Shown piece after piece: positions 48,083 through 57,183 of a DNA stretch of 64,000 nucleotides. Location of the stretch: NCBI GenBank assembly GCA_963663185.1, contig OY760135.1, positions 2,223,611-2,287,610 on the forward strand, read 5' to 3'. The stretch's first letter is position 1; every line of letters starts with the position of its first letter. The translations under genes and the position numbers were made by a program. Source of the stretch: Dehalococcoidia bacterium (GTDB lineage Bacteria > Chloroflexota > Dehalococcoidia > Bin125). The notes beneath the pieces were generated by a model. The model searched no databases, had not been told where the DNA came from, and saw nothing but the letters and a program-made list of their open reading frames with translations.

Positions 48083-48493
48083 ATGGGACCGCGAACGATC
48101 AAGGCGTTGACACGCTTCCAACAACCGATCTTCACCCTGATGCGTGGTCGCCTGCAGGGGCCGCCAACGTTGCGGCTGTGGACGCTTGGGCGTCGATCGG
48201 GGCGTCAGCGGTCCGTGTTGCTGCTGTATCTGGAGGATGGCGAACGCATAATCGTCGTCGCATCCTACGGAGGACACTCGGAGCACCCCGAATGGTGGAA
48301 GAACCTGCTAATCGAGCCGAACTGTCGGATCTGGACGGCGGCGCGCGGTGAGGAGACGGTGATCGCCTCAGAGCTTGAAGGCGAGGAACGGGAGGCGATC
48401 TGGGCGCGGCTGATTTCGATGTACTCGCCGTATGTGTCGTATCAGGAGAAGACATCGCGACGGATTCCGCTCGTGGCGCTCACTCCGCGCTAA
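48083..48493 (+). CDS. Deazaflavin (F420)-dependent nitroreductase-family protein (DDN family)
   Basis: ...MRGRLQGP...LLLYLEDGERIIVVASYGG...PEWWKNL...RIW...GEEREAIWARL...YQEKTSRRIPLVAL. Confidence 0.8.
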   Translation: MGPRTIKALTRFQQPIFTLMRGRLQGPPTLRLWTLGRRSGRQRSVLLLYLEDGERIIVVASYGGHSEHPEWWKNLLIEPNCRIWTAARGEETVIASELEGEEREAIWARLISMYSPYVSYQEKTSRRIPLVALTPR

Positions 48494-48503
48494 CGTCAAT
48501 CTC

Positions 48504-48533
48504 GACGCCCATCAACGCCCATTGACGCCCATC
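48504..48533. promoter_or_regulatory. Three tandem 10-bp repeats (R-acgcccat-Y) upstream of the DEAD-box helicase gene
   Basis: gacgcccatc aacgcccatt gacgcccatc, with a 10-bp (one helical turn) period. Confidence 0.35.
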
Positions 48534-48578
48534 GCCGTCAGTCGACATAAACTTTGCTGATATGCTGGACGCAGATGG

Positions 48579-50135
48579 TTGAGTACTGCGCATGCTGCGC
48601 ATAGCTGTGGTGAATTCTTGAGTCTCATTCAACGTTTGTTAGGTCGCGACGCCGAACAGGCCGCTGCGCCCTCCCCCGCTCCCTCCCCGACGCCCGTGAC
48701 AAGAACTGCGAAGACCGAGGCTGCCAACACGGCGCCTGCCGGTGCCCGCAAGCCTCGCAAACGACGCCCCCGCTCTGAGCGGGCGCAAGCCTCCGCCCCG
48801 GCGGTACGCGAGTCCGGCGAGCGCCCAAAGCCGAAGCGGCGTCGCAGCGGCGCTCGTCGCTCGGGCCGCAATGCTGGCGGAAACGGCAACAGTGACCAGA
48901 GCGGCGGCGCTCCGCCAGGTGCGCGCCAAAGCGCCACGCAGCGCGCCTTGCTGTCCGGCGGATACCAACTCCCAGCCCTGGACCAGCTTGATGTCGTCAG
49001 CTCCGACGACTGGTCGCAGAGCTTTGTCAAACTCGGTCTCTCCGAGCGGATGCTGTCCGCGTTGACCGCGCTGACCTTCACTGAACCGACGCCGATTCAG
49101 GCACAGTCGATTCCGCTGCTGCTGGCCGGCCGTGATGTTGTTGGACAGGCGCAGACCGGCACCGGCAAGACCGTGGCGTTCGGGTTGCCCGCGGTGGAGT
49201 GTTGCGATCCGAATCTCGGCGAGTGTCAGGCGATCATTCTCACCCCGACGCGCGAGTTGGCGCAGCAGGTCGGCTCCGTGCTCGACTTCTTCGCGCGCGC
49301 CGCCGGCCTTGAGGCGACCGTGCTCATGGGCGGTCGGAAGCTGGCGGATGACTTTGCCAATCTGGAACGTCGGCCGCAGATCGTCGTCGGCACGCCCGGA
49401 CGGATCATCGATCACATCGAGCGACGCACGCTGCGCTTGAGCAACGTTCGACTCGCCGTGTTAGACGAGGCCGACCGCATGCTTGACATCGGCTTCTATC
49501 CCGATATGCGCAAGATTCTGCGCCGCTGTCCGGATGATCGACAGACTGCGCTGTTCTCCGCCACCATTCCGACGCCGATCAAGTCACTGATCCACCAGTT
49601 CATGCGTGAACCTGAGCATGTACAGATCGCGCCCGAGACGGCGACGGCCGAAGGCATCCATCAGCGCTATCTCGAAGTGGCGCAACGCGACAAGACGCGC
49701 GCAGTCGAGGAGCTTTTGCCAGAGCTGACCGGTCGGACGCTGATCTTCTGCAACATGAAGGTGACGGTCGACCGTTTGGTCGGACGCTTGCGCCATCTCG
49801 GTCTCGATGCCGACGCCATTCACGGCGATCGGGTTCAGAACAAGCGCGACCGCGTGATGGGCGAGTTCCGCGCCGGCAACCTGCAGTTCCTCGTCGCGAC
49901 CGACGTCGCCGCGCGCGGTCTGGATATCCCGGATGTACAGCACGTCGTGAACTATGACTTGCCGCAGTCCGCCGAGGACTATGTGCATCGTGTCGGCCGA
50001 ACCGGCCGCGCAGGCGCCGAAGGCTCGGCGATCTCCTTCGTCAGCGAATGGGACTTCGATCAGCTGGAGCGAATCCTGAAGCTGGTCGGCGATGAGCTGG
50101 CGCGCGGCGAGTTGGAGCTATACGCGAAGCGGTGA
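48579..50135 (+). CDS. DEAD-box ATP-dependent RNA helicase with an N-terminal basic low-complexity tail
   Basis: Q-motif region, GQAQTGTGKT, DEAD (VLDEADRM), SAT, and HRVGRTGRAG. Start is uncertain. Confidence 0.85.
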   Translation: MSTAHAAHSCGEFLSLIQRLLGRDAEQAAAPSPAPSPTPVTRTAKTEAANTAPAGARKPRKRRPRSERAQASAPAVRESGERPKPKRRRSGARRSGRNAGGNGNSDQSGGAPPGARQSATQRALLSGGYQLPALDQLDVVSSDDWSQSFVKLGLSERMLSALTALTFTEPTPIQAQSIPLLLAGRDVVGQAQTGTGKTVAFGLPAVECCDPNLGECQAIILTPTRELAQQVGSVLDFFARAAGLEATVLMGGRKLADDFANLERRPQIVVGTPGRIIDHIERRTLRLSNVRLAVLDEADRMLDIGFYPDMRKILRRCPDDRQTALFSATIPTPIKSLIHQFMREPEHVQIAPETATAEGIHQRYLEVAQRDKTRAVEELLPELTGRTLIFCNMKVTVDRLVGRLRHLGLDADAIHGDRVQNKRDRVMGEFRAGNLQFLVATDVAARGLDIPDVQHVVNYDLPQSAEDYVHRVGRTGRAGAEGSAISFVSEWDFDQLERILKLVGDELARGELELYAKR

Positions 50136-50195
50136 CACGGTCCGTACGTTGAGTCGTCGCGTGTGCCGCTCGTGGCGCATGTGTAGAGTCGAAAG

Positions 50196-51044
50196 ATGCA
50201 CCGATCCCGCACGGTCGCGCTGGTTCTGATTGCCCTGACCGCCGCATTTGCCTTCATGAACCAGGCTGAGGCTGATGACGGCGGCGTCCCGTTGCCGGCG
50301 CCCGCGGGCACCGAGTGGCGCGTGATCGCCGGCTACAACACCGGCAGTCACAATCAAGCAGACGGCGGCGACCCGCATGCCATCGATCTCGTGCGCACCG
50401 ATGCTCCCACCGATTGGACGCCAGTCCTCGCGCCGGTGTCCGGCATCGTGACGTGGGTCGGTAACGCCTGCCTGGCCATTGACGACTCAGCCGGCTACGC
50501 CCACCTGCTCTGCCACCTGGAGACGGCTGGAAGCCTGCGACGAGGCGTCCGCGTCGTCGCAGGCGATGAGGTCGGTCGGGTCTATCCGGCGGGATACGAC
50601 GCCAACGGCGGCGTGGCGCACATTCACTACGCGATCCATCAGTCAGGCGGAAACGGACGGCTCGGCAGCACGATTCCCTTCACCGGCGCATATGCCTTGG
50701 AGGGCGTCGATCTGCCCTGGTACGAGAGCTACAACCTCTATGTCGACATGGATTTCACTTCCACCAATCGCGCCGACTGGTCGGGGGAGGTCGTCCGATA
50801 CCAGCTGCGAATCGGGCTGAACCTCGTGATCTGGCGAGGCCCGGACTCGACCATCGCGCATGCGTTGGGCAACATTGAACACTTCAGCCACGCATACCGC
50901 TACAACCTTGCGAGCGAGCGCTGGGACTTCTGGTCGCCCATCGCGCCGCCGTTCCTCAATACGCTGACGCGGCTCAGGTCAGATGAGAGTATCAACGTTG
51001 TCGTGCGCGAGGAGTCGATCTGGACTCAGCAGACACAGCCCTGA
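50196..51044 (+). CDS. Secreted M23-family (LytM-like) metallopeptidase
   Basis: Signal peptide, HAIDL (HxxxD) and HIHYAIH (HxH). Confidence 0.75.
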   Translation: MHRSRTVALVLIALTAAFAFMNQAEADDGGVPLPAPAGTEWRVIAGYNTGSHNQADGGDPHAIDLVRTDAPTDWTPVLAPVSGIVTWVGNACLAIDDSAGYAHLLCHLETAGSLRRGVRVVAGDEVGRVYPAGYDANGGVAHIHYAIHQSGGNGRLGSTIPFTGAYALEGVDLPWYESYNLYVDMDFTSTNRADWSGEVVRYQLRIGLNLVIWRGPDSTIAHALGNIEHFSHAYRYNLASERWDFWSPIAPPFLNTLTRLRSDESINVVVREESIWTQQTQP

Positions 51045-51137
51045 GCGCTTCGCCCAAGACTCATCGCCTGGCCCTGACGCCCACGCGGACATACCTGACC
51101 ATTGGGACGGTGAATCCCAACTAGTCCCGACAACGAC

Positions 51138-51162
51138 CAGTCCCCGCGTAAAGCGGGGACTG
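51138..51162. terminator. Bidirectional terminator hairpin cagtccccgc-gtaaa-gcggggactg between the convergent M23 and oxc genes
   Basis: 10-bp perfect stem from the same GTCCCCGC family. Confidence 0.6.
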
Positions 51163-51200
51163 GAGAGCGACTGTTTGCCGCAGGACGTGGTTGGAGCCGG

Positions 51201-52865
51201 TTAGCGCTGGAGCCATTGGAACTGTTGCTGTCGACGCTGGGCTCTCGGAGCGATCTCCACGTTGATCAACGTCGAGCCTTCCTGCTGGAAGGAGTCGTCG
51301 AGCGCGGCTTCGAACTCGGCCGGACTCTTGCAGTAATAGCCCTTGCCGCCGAACGCTTCCATGATCATCTCATAGCGCGCCATCGGCGTGAGCTGTCCCG
51401 GCGAGAGGCCGCCGGTCTCGTAGTCTTCGGGCAGCTCAGGCGATCCTCCGCCGATGCCGTTGTTGTTGAAGATGATCCACGTGATCGGCAGCTTCTGGCG
51501 GACGGCGGTTTCGACCTCAGTCGGACCGAAGCCGAAGGCGGCGTCACCCTCGAGCGCAATCACGCGCTTGCCAGGGTTGACGACCTGCGCCGCGAGCGCA
51601 AAGCCGGGACCGACGCCCATCGTGCCCCACGTACCAGCGTCGAGGCGCTTGCGCGGCTCGTACGACTGGATGACCTGACGCGCGATCGCCATCGTGTTCT
51701 CGCCTTCCGTGACGAAGACGGCGTCGCGCGGCATCCGATCCTGGATTTCCTTGAGCGGTCGATAGTAGTTCATTGGCGCTTCGTCGGAGGAGCTCCACTC
51801 GGCCTGCTCGGCCGCCTTGCGCTCCACCTCAGCGTTGATCGACGCGATCCACTCGGTCGAGTCCTCAAACTGCCACGGGTTGTCGTCAAGGTAACTGTTG
51901 ACCTGACCCATCACCGCCTTGCCGTCACCGACGAGCGCCACCTCGGTCGGCACGTTGGTGCCGATCTCTTCCGGCTCAATGTCGAGCTGGATGATGCGCA
52001 CATCCTCCTTGAAGCGGGGCGGCTTGCCGAAGTGGAGGATCCAGTTCAGGCGCGCGCCGAGCAAGACCACGAGGTCGGCGTTGCGCAGGACGTGCGTCCG
52101 AGCCGCGGCGGCGTTGTTGGGCGCGTCCGCCGGCACGACGCCAGCGCCCATCGGCGTGGCGAGCCAGGGAATGCCCGTCTTGTCAACGAATTCCTGAACT
52201 TCCTGCTCAGCCTGCGACCAGGCCATGCCCTTGCCGACGATGACGAGCGGGTTGGAGGCGGTCTTCAGCGCCTCGATCGCCGCTTCGACAGACTCAGCCG
52301 AGACCATCGGACGACTCGGCTCCTCAACGCGCGGAGCCCACTGCACCTCAGACTCGTCAACGACCTCATCGATGATGTCGCCAGGCATGTCGAGGTAGAC
52401 CGGGCCGGGCCGACCGTTGATCGCGGCTCGGGTGGCCTGCGCGATCAGGCGCGGAATCAGGCGCACGTCGCGCGCCTGGTCCGACCACTTGACGAACGGT
52501 CGCGCGGCTTCCACCTGCGGAGCGTCCTGGAAGTCGCCCATCTGTGAGAGCGTGACGTTGGCGGCGCCGCCAATCAGGATCATCGGCCAGCAGTTGGCCT
52601 GGGCGTTGCCGAGCGCAGAGATCGCGTTGGTCATGCCCGGTCCCGACACCACCAGCGCAGCGGACATGTGACCGCGCATATAGGAAGCGGCCTGAGCCGC
52701 ATAACCGGCGGCCTGCTCGTGTCGCACGCCGACGAAGGGCTTGCCTTCTTGCATCCAGGCGATCGAGATCGGTACCACTGGCACGCCGATCAGTCCGAAC
52801 ATTTCCTCGACACCTTGTGTCTTCAACGATTTGGCAACGATCTGCGCGCCGCTCAATTCTGCCAC
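51201..52865 (-). CDS. oxc: Oxalyl-CoA decarboxylase (TPP-dependent)
   Basis: Aligns with Oxc along its length: GLIGVPV..., RHEQAAGYAA, VYLDMP, IQLDIEPEEIG, RLDAGTWGTMGVG, ALEGDAAFGFGPTEVETAVRQKLPITWIIFNN. Confidence 0.8.
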   Translation of the reverse strand: MAELSGAQIVAKSLKTQGVEEMFGLIGVPVVPISIAWMQEGKPFVGVRHEQAAGYAAQAASYMRGHMSAALVVSGPGMTNAISALGNAQANCWPMILIGGAANVTLSQMGDFQDAPQVEAARPFVKWSDQARDVRLIPRLIAQATRAAINGRPGPVYLDMPGDIIDEVVDESEVQWAPRVEEPSRPMVSAESVEAAIEALKTASNPLVIVGKGMAWSQAEQEVQEFVDKTGIPWLATPMGAGVVPADAPNNAAAARTHVLRNADLVVLLGARLNWILHFGKPPRFKEDVRIIQLDIEPEEIGTNVPTEVALVGDGKAVMGQVNSYLDDNPWQFEDSTEWIASINAEVERKAAEQAEWSSSDEAPMNYYRPLKEIQDRMPRDAVFVTEGENTMAIARQVIQSYEPRKRLDAGTWGTMGVGPGFALAAQVVNPGKRVIALEGDAAFGFGPTEVETAVRQKLPITWIIFNNNGIGGGSPELPEDYETGGLSPGQLTPMARYEMIMEAFGGKGYYCKSPAEFEAALDDSFQQEGSTLINVEIAPRAQRRQQQFQWLQR

Positions 52866-52930
52866 GGGACAACTCCTCAGTGTTTTCAGTACTCTGGGCA
52901 GGTTACACCACGCGCGCTGTCGCGCACGCA

Positions 52931-52958
52931 GAAGGCGGGGTCGGTCGACCCCGCCTTC
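52931..52958. terminator. 12-bp-stem hairpin gaaggcggggtc-ggtc-gaccccgccttc between the anchored-protein gene and oxc
   Basis: Perfect inverted repeat downstream of the minus-strand gene that ends at 52980. Confidence 0.55.
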
Positions 52959-52979
52959 GCAGCGTAACGTTCTGGGCGA

Positions 52980-53636
52980 TTAGATGCGGCGTCGGACGCC
53001 GTACAGGCCAAGCGCCATCACGCCGGCGACGATCAGCGCGACGGTCAGTCCCAGCATGCCCGCGGAGGAACCAGCTCCGACCAGGCCGCCGGAGCCGGTG
53101 CTCGGCATGCTGTCGCCGCTCTCCTGCCTGGGCGCCTGGATTGGCGTCGGTTCGGCGTCGTCCCGCGCCAGATCGCCGGTGTCTCCAGTCAACGCGTCAT
53201 CGTCGGCCAGCAGATCGCTGCTGTCTCCCACCAGCTCGTCTTCGTCAGCCAGCAGGTCCGTGTTGCTGGCGAGGTTGCCAGGCATCGGCTTCAGCATCAC
53301 TTGCGCCTGGTCCTCTCCGGTCGGATTGATCTCCGCCAGAGCAGGGTCGCGGTTGACGTTGAAGCTGAGCTGTTTGATCTCGTCTGACTCGCATGGCACA
53401 TCTACGTACCAGACGCCGGCGTTGGTCACGGTTGTCGACCCAAGCTCGTTGCCCTCAACATCAAGCACTTCGATCTGATCGCCGGCGGCGCCGCTCCCAT
53501 ACAGTCGGAAGGCGGGTCTATCCTGCGCGTTGGCCATGCCGAACGCGGCCAGCGTCATGCCCGCCACGGCCAGCAGGCCAGCCATGCGCACAACCATGCG
53601 CATGCGCAGATATCTCCGAGCGAAGTGGATGTTCAT
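52980..53636 (-). CDS. Secreted acidic repeat protein with a C-terminal sorting-signal-like tail
   Basis: Signal peptide (MNIHFARRYLRMRMVVRMAGLLAVAGMTLAAFGMANA), DLLADxDxLxGD repeats, and a C-terminal SMPSTG, then a hydrophobic helix, then RRRI. Confidence 0.5.
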   Translation of the reverse strand: MNIHFARRYLRMRMVVRMAGLLAVAGMTLAAFGMANAQDRPAFRLYGSGAAGDQIEVLDVEGNELGSTTVTNAGVWYVDVPCESDEIKQLSFNVNRDPALAEINPTGEDQAQVMLKPMPGNLASNTDLLADEDELVGDSSDLLADDDALTGDTGDLARDDAEPTPIQAPRQESGDSMPSTGSGGLVGAGSSAGMLGLTVALIVAGVMALGLYGVRRRI

Positions 53637-53951
53637 GCTGTTGCTCCTTGCCCAAGCCTGTTTCAGGGTGTGCTTCACCCCCAGCACTGTGCCAGATTCG
53701 CGCCCGGCTCCCAAGTCCATAATCAGTACTGTGGCAACGTTGATTACCTCCAGTGAACAAAGCAGACCATCGAACGATCCCGAAACTGACCCCAGCGGTC
53801 GCTCCGGCAACAACTCCGCCATGGATGCGGACCTCGCACCTGACTCTCCGGAGAGCACGGTCAGCAGTTGATGAACCAGTTGATGAACCGGCCATTCACA
53901 GCCCGTCAACCAGCCGCTAGCCAGCTTGGTAGATGCAAGATGCAGCCTGCG

Positions 53952-54761
53952 TCAGTGAATCTGCCAGCCTGAGCGTTGCCAGAGCTCTCGCGCCTCCGCA
54001 TGGACGCCGGGACTGGCGGCGATCAGTCCCTTGACCGTGGGACGCGCCTGATTGAACAGCAACGCTCGACCGTCGATGTCCGTGACGCGAGCGCCGGCGG
54101 CGCCGAGCAATGCGGCGCCAGCCGCCAGATCCCATTCGCTGCGCCGACCCGCGGTGAAGATCAGGCAGCCCTGTCCGCTCGCCAGCAGCGCCATGCGGTA
54201 CGCGATGGAACCCACCGGCATCACTCTGGTGCCTTCGGGCACCGGCGGCAGATCGCCAAACCGCCACTCACCGCGTCCGACCAGCATGAAACCATCCGCC
54301 AACGACTCCGCCTGATCGAGTTGGAAACGCTCGTCAGCGGAGTCTGCGGTGGCCGCGAACATCTCGTCGTTGGCCGGGTTGTAAACCACGCCCAACACCA
54401 CCTGGCCGTTGACCGCCAGCGCGATCGAAACGGCGAATTCAGGGACGCCCTGCAGAAACTCGCGCGTGCCGTCCAGCGGATCCACGATCCAGACGCGCCG
54501 CTGCAACAGCCGCTCGCGATCGTCATGCGCCTCCTCCGAGAGCCAGGCGTCGTCAGGGAATGCGCCGAGCAGCGCCTGACGCAGCGATGCATCAACCTCC
54601 ACATCCGCTTCCGAGACCACCTCGTAGTCGGCGTGGTGGCCCGGACTGCTCTGCTTCCAACCGTATCGAGCGCCGGAGTCTCGATAGCGATTCAGGATCG
54701 CGCCGCCGCCGCGAGCGGCCTCTTGCGCGGCTTCGAGTTCGGCGCGGTACAGCATCGGCAA
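53952..54761 (-). CDS. Inositol monophosphatase / CysQ-family phosphatase
   Basis: WIVDPLDGTREF. Confidence 0.8.
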   Translation of the reverse strand: MPMLYRAELEAAQEAARGGGAILNRYRDSGARYGWKQSSPGHHADYEVVSEADVEVDASLRQALLGAFPDDAWLSEEAHDDRERLLQRRVWIVDPLDGTREFLQGVPEFAVSIALAVNGQVVLGVVYNPANDEMFAATADSADERFQLDQAESLADGFMLVGRGEWRFGDLPPVPEGTRVMPVGSIAYRMALLASGQGCLIFTAGRRSEWDLAAGAALLGAAGARVTDIDGRALLFNQARPTVKGLIAASPGVHAEARELWQRSGWQIH

Positions 54762-54853
54762 GCCGCCTTCGTCGCTCCCTAACCTCGTCCCCCAACCTTG
54801 CCCCCCAACCTTGCCTCGTGCGGCGGCAGAGAGACACAGAGAGATGGTGAGAG

Positions 54854-55822
54854 CTAGAACCCTGCCTGCTTGTCGACCAGTCCGACCAGCTCTCGGCGAT
54901 TGCGGTAGCGCCGCAGGTTGCCGCAGAACCGCTCCAGGTTGCGGCCTGCGCGCAGTTGAGAAGCGCCCGCAGTATGCGGCGTCATGACCACGTTCTCAAG
55001 CTCGAAAATCGGGTGATCCGCAGGCAGCGGTTCGCCCTCGACCACGTCGAGCGCGGCGCCGCGCAGATGTCCGGATTCGATCGCTTCGATCAGCGCGTCG
55101 AGTTCGATAATTTCGCCACGCGTCACGTTTACGATCACCGAGCCCGGCTTCATCTTGGCGAAGGTCTCGCGATTGAACAGGTGATGCGTCTCCTCCGTCA
55201 GCGGCGTGCAGGCGGCAACCACGTCGGACTTCGCCAGCAAGGTGTCGAGCTGACTGATGTGTCCGATGACGGGCAGAATCGGCGTGCCGCGCACGGCGAG
55301 AGCGTCCACGGCGCGCAGATTCATCCCGAAACCGTTGGCTCGCTCGGCGATCGCGCGACCGGTGCCGCCAAAGCCGACGATCCCCATTGTCAGCCCCGAG
55401 AGCTCGAATGCGGCGCGTCGCATCGGCACGCGCGCCCCCCATGCGGCGCCCTTGAGCTGCACTGCCGGTTTGAGCGAACGCGCCAATCCGAGCAGCAGCG
55501 CGAAGGCATGATCGGCGAGGTGCGGCCCGACCAGGCCCTTTTCGCCGGTCAGCGGAATCTCGCTGTCTTTAAACGCGTCGAACAGGTACCCATCAACGCC
55601 AGAGGCAGTCGCGTGAATCCATTTGAGCTGCTTCGCTTCCGCAAACAGCTCAGGCGTCAGATAGCCGAGCATGACTTCCGCGTCAACGATCATCTCCATC
55701 GCGTCCTCGCGGTTGTGCGCGACGACGACGTCAGCTTCCGCTCCGGCCGCCGCGCGGATCGCGTCGAGTTGCGCGTCGGAGACTTCGGGCAAGGTGAGTC
55801 CAGGCATCACTAGCACGCGCAT
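54854..55822 (-). CDS. D-isomer-specific 2-hydroxyacid dehydrogenase
   Basis: GIVGFGGTGRAIA (NAD fold) and the R...E...H catalytic set. Confidence 0.85.
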   Translation of the reverse strand: MRVLVMPGLTLPEVSDAQLDAIRAAAGAEADVVVAHNREDAMEMIVDAEVMLGYLTPELFAEAKQLKWIHATASGVDGYLFDAFKDSEIPLTGEKGLVGPHLADHAFALLLGLARSLKPAVQLKGAAWGARVPMRRAAFELSGLTMGIVGFGGTGRAIAERANGFGMNLRAVDALAVRGTPILPVIGHISQLDTLLAKSDVVAACTPLTEETHHLFNRETFAKMKPGSVIVNVTRGEIIELDALIEAIESGHLRGAALDVVEGEPLPADHPIFELENVVMTPHTAGASQLRAGRNLERFCGNLRRYRNRRELVGLVDKQAGF

Positions 55823-56059
55823 GGGTGGTCGTCTCCTCGTTGGTGGTCGTTCGTTCTCTGGTCGGTCATTCTTGGACGGTGGCTCTTGGGCGGGTAGCGG
55901 AATCGGCGCCCAACGAGCAGATCGTTGGCAGATCGTCGGCAGGCCGCTGAATTGAGGCTATCACCGAGCATCCAGCCGTCCACGTAGACTGCGGCTACAT
56001 GATGCGATGTCGCGAACGAGCGTGTCTGGCACGTTGACCAGACAGGACCGGAGGTTCCG

Positions 56060-56992
56060 ATGACGGCTGTGAAATTTGGCGCGCAGGTGTCGGCCTATCT
56101 GACGTCCTGGGATGAGATCCGCGCAGTCGCGCAGGCGATGGACGCCGGTCGCTACGACTCGATCTGGTTCGCCGATCACTTCGTGCCGCCCAATCGCGGC
56201 AAAGCGGTTGAAGGACGCGAGGCCTTCGAGGCCTTTGCGCTGGCCGCGGCGGTAGCCGCCTGCACCGAAACGCTGCGGATCGGACATCTCGTGCTCGGTA
56301 ACACCTACCGCAACCCGGGACTCGTCGCCAAAATCGCCGGTTCGGTGGATCATATTTCGCACGGTCGATTCACGCTCGGCATCGGCGCCTCGTGGTTTCG
56401 TCGCGAGCACGCCGCCTACGGTTGGGACTTCCCCAGCATGAAAGAGCGTCAGGATCGATTCGAGGAAGCGTGCCAGCTACTGCGTAACATCATTCATGCC
56501 GACGGCGCCAACATCACCTTCAACGGTCAGTACTACTCGTTGGACGACGCGCCGCTCTCGCCCGCAAGTTACAGCCATCCAATCCCGATCCTCGTCGGCG
56601 GAACGGGCCCCCGGCGCACGTTAAGAACGCTGGCCAAGTACGGCGATATTATGAACCTCGATGGCTGGGCGGGCCGAGGTATGTCGGTTGCGCTCCTGAA
56701 CGAGAAGGTCGATATCCTGCACGCGCACTGCGAGGACCTCGGACGAGATCCATCTGAGATCAAGATCACCGCATTGATGCCATGCCTGCTCACAAATGAC
56801 GAGTCCGAGGCGAGGGCATGGGAAGAACGAATCGGACCCGGCACCTTGAACGGAACGGCAGATCAGATCGCGCAGCGAATCGGAGAGTTTGTCGAGTACG
56901 GCATTGACGAGATCATGTTCGGTCGGCGAGGCGATAACGATCCGGAGTACTTCCAGCGTCTGGACGACGAGGTCATCGCGCAGTTCCGCTAG
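56060..56992 (+). CDS. LLM-class (luciferase-like) F420-dependent oxidoreductase
   Basis: ...DSIWFADHF...GHLVLGNTYRNPGLVAK...LGIGASW... Confidence 0.85.
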   Translation: MTAVKFGAQVSAYLTSWDEIRAVAQAMDAGRYDSIWFADHFVPPNRGKAVEGREAFEAFALAAAVAACTETLRIGHLVLGNTYRNPGLVAKIAGSVDHISHGRFTLGIGASWFRREHAAYGWDFPSMKERQDRFEEACQLLRNIIHADGANITFNGQYYSLDDAPLSPASYSHPIPILVGGTGPRRTLRTLAKYGDIMNLDGWAGRGMSVALLNEKVDILHAHCEDLGRDPSEIKITALMPCLLTNDESEARAWEERIGPGTLNGTADQIAQRIGEFVEYGIDEIMFGRRGDNDPEYFQRLDDEVIAQFR

Positions 56993-57183
56993 ACCGCGGC
57001 GGCTGCTTTGCGATATCGGCGCGGCATGTTTCCTGGCTTGAAGGCTCCGGGAGTCGTCGTTGGCAAACCCGCGCTCAGAGGCGTAGGTTGAGTGGGACAA
57101 GTCAAGAGAAAGGAGGGCGAAACCAGTCGAACGAGCGCCCCGCTCATCGAGGCACGGCCGCAATCACCGAGAGGAAGGACGTC

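Noticed and set aside
51216-52547. 443-aa plus-strand ORF
   Set aside because: Antisense to oxc.
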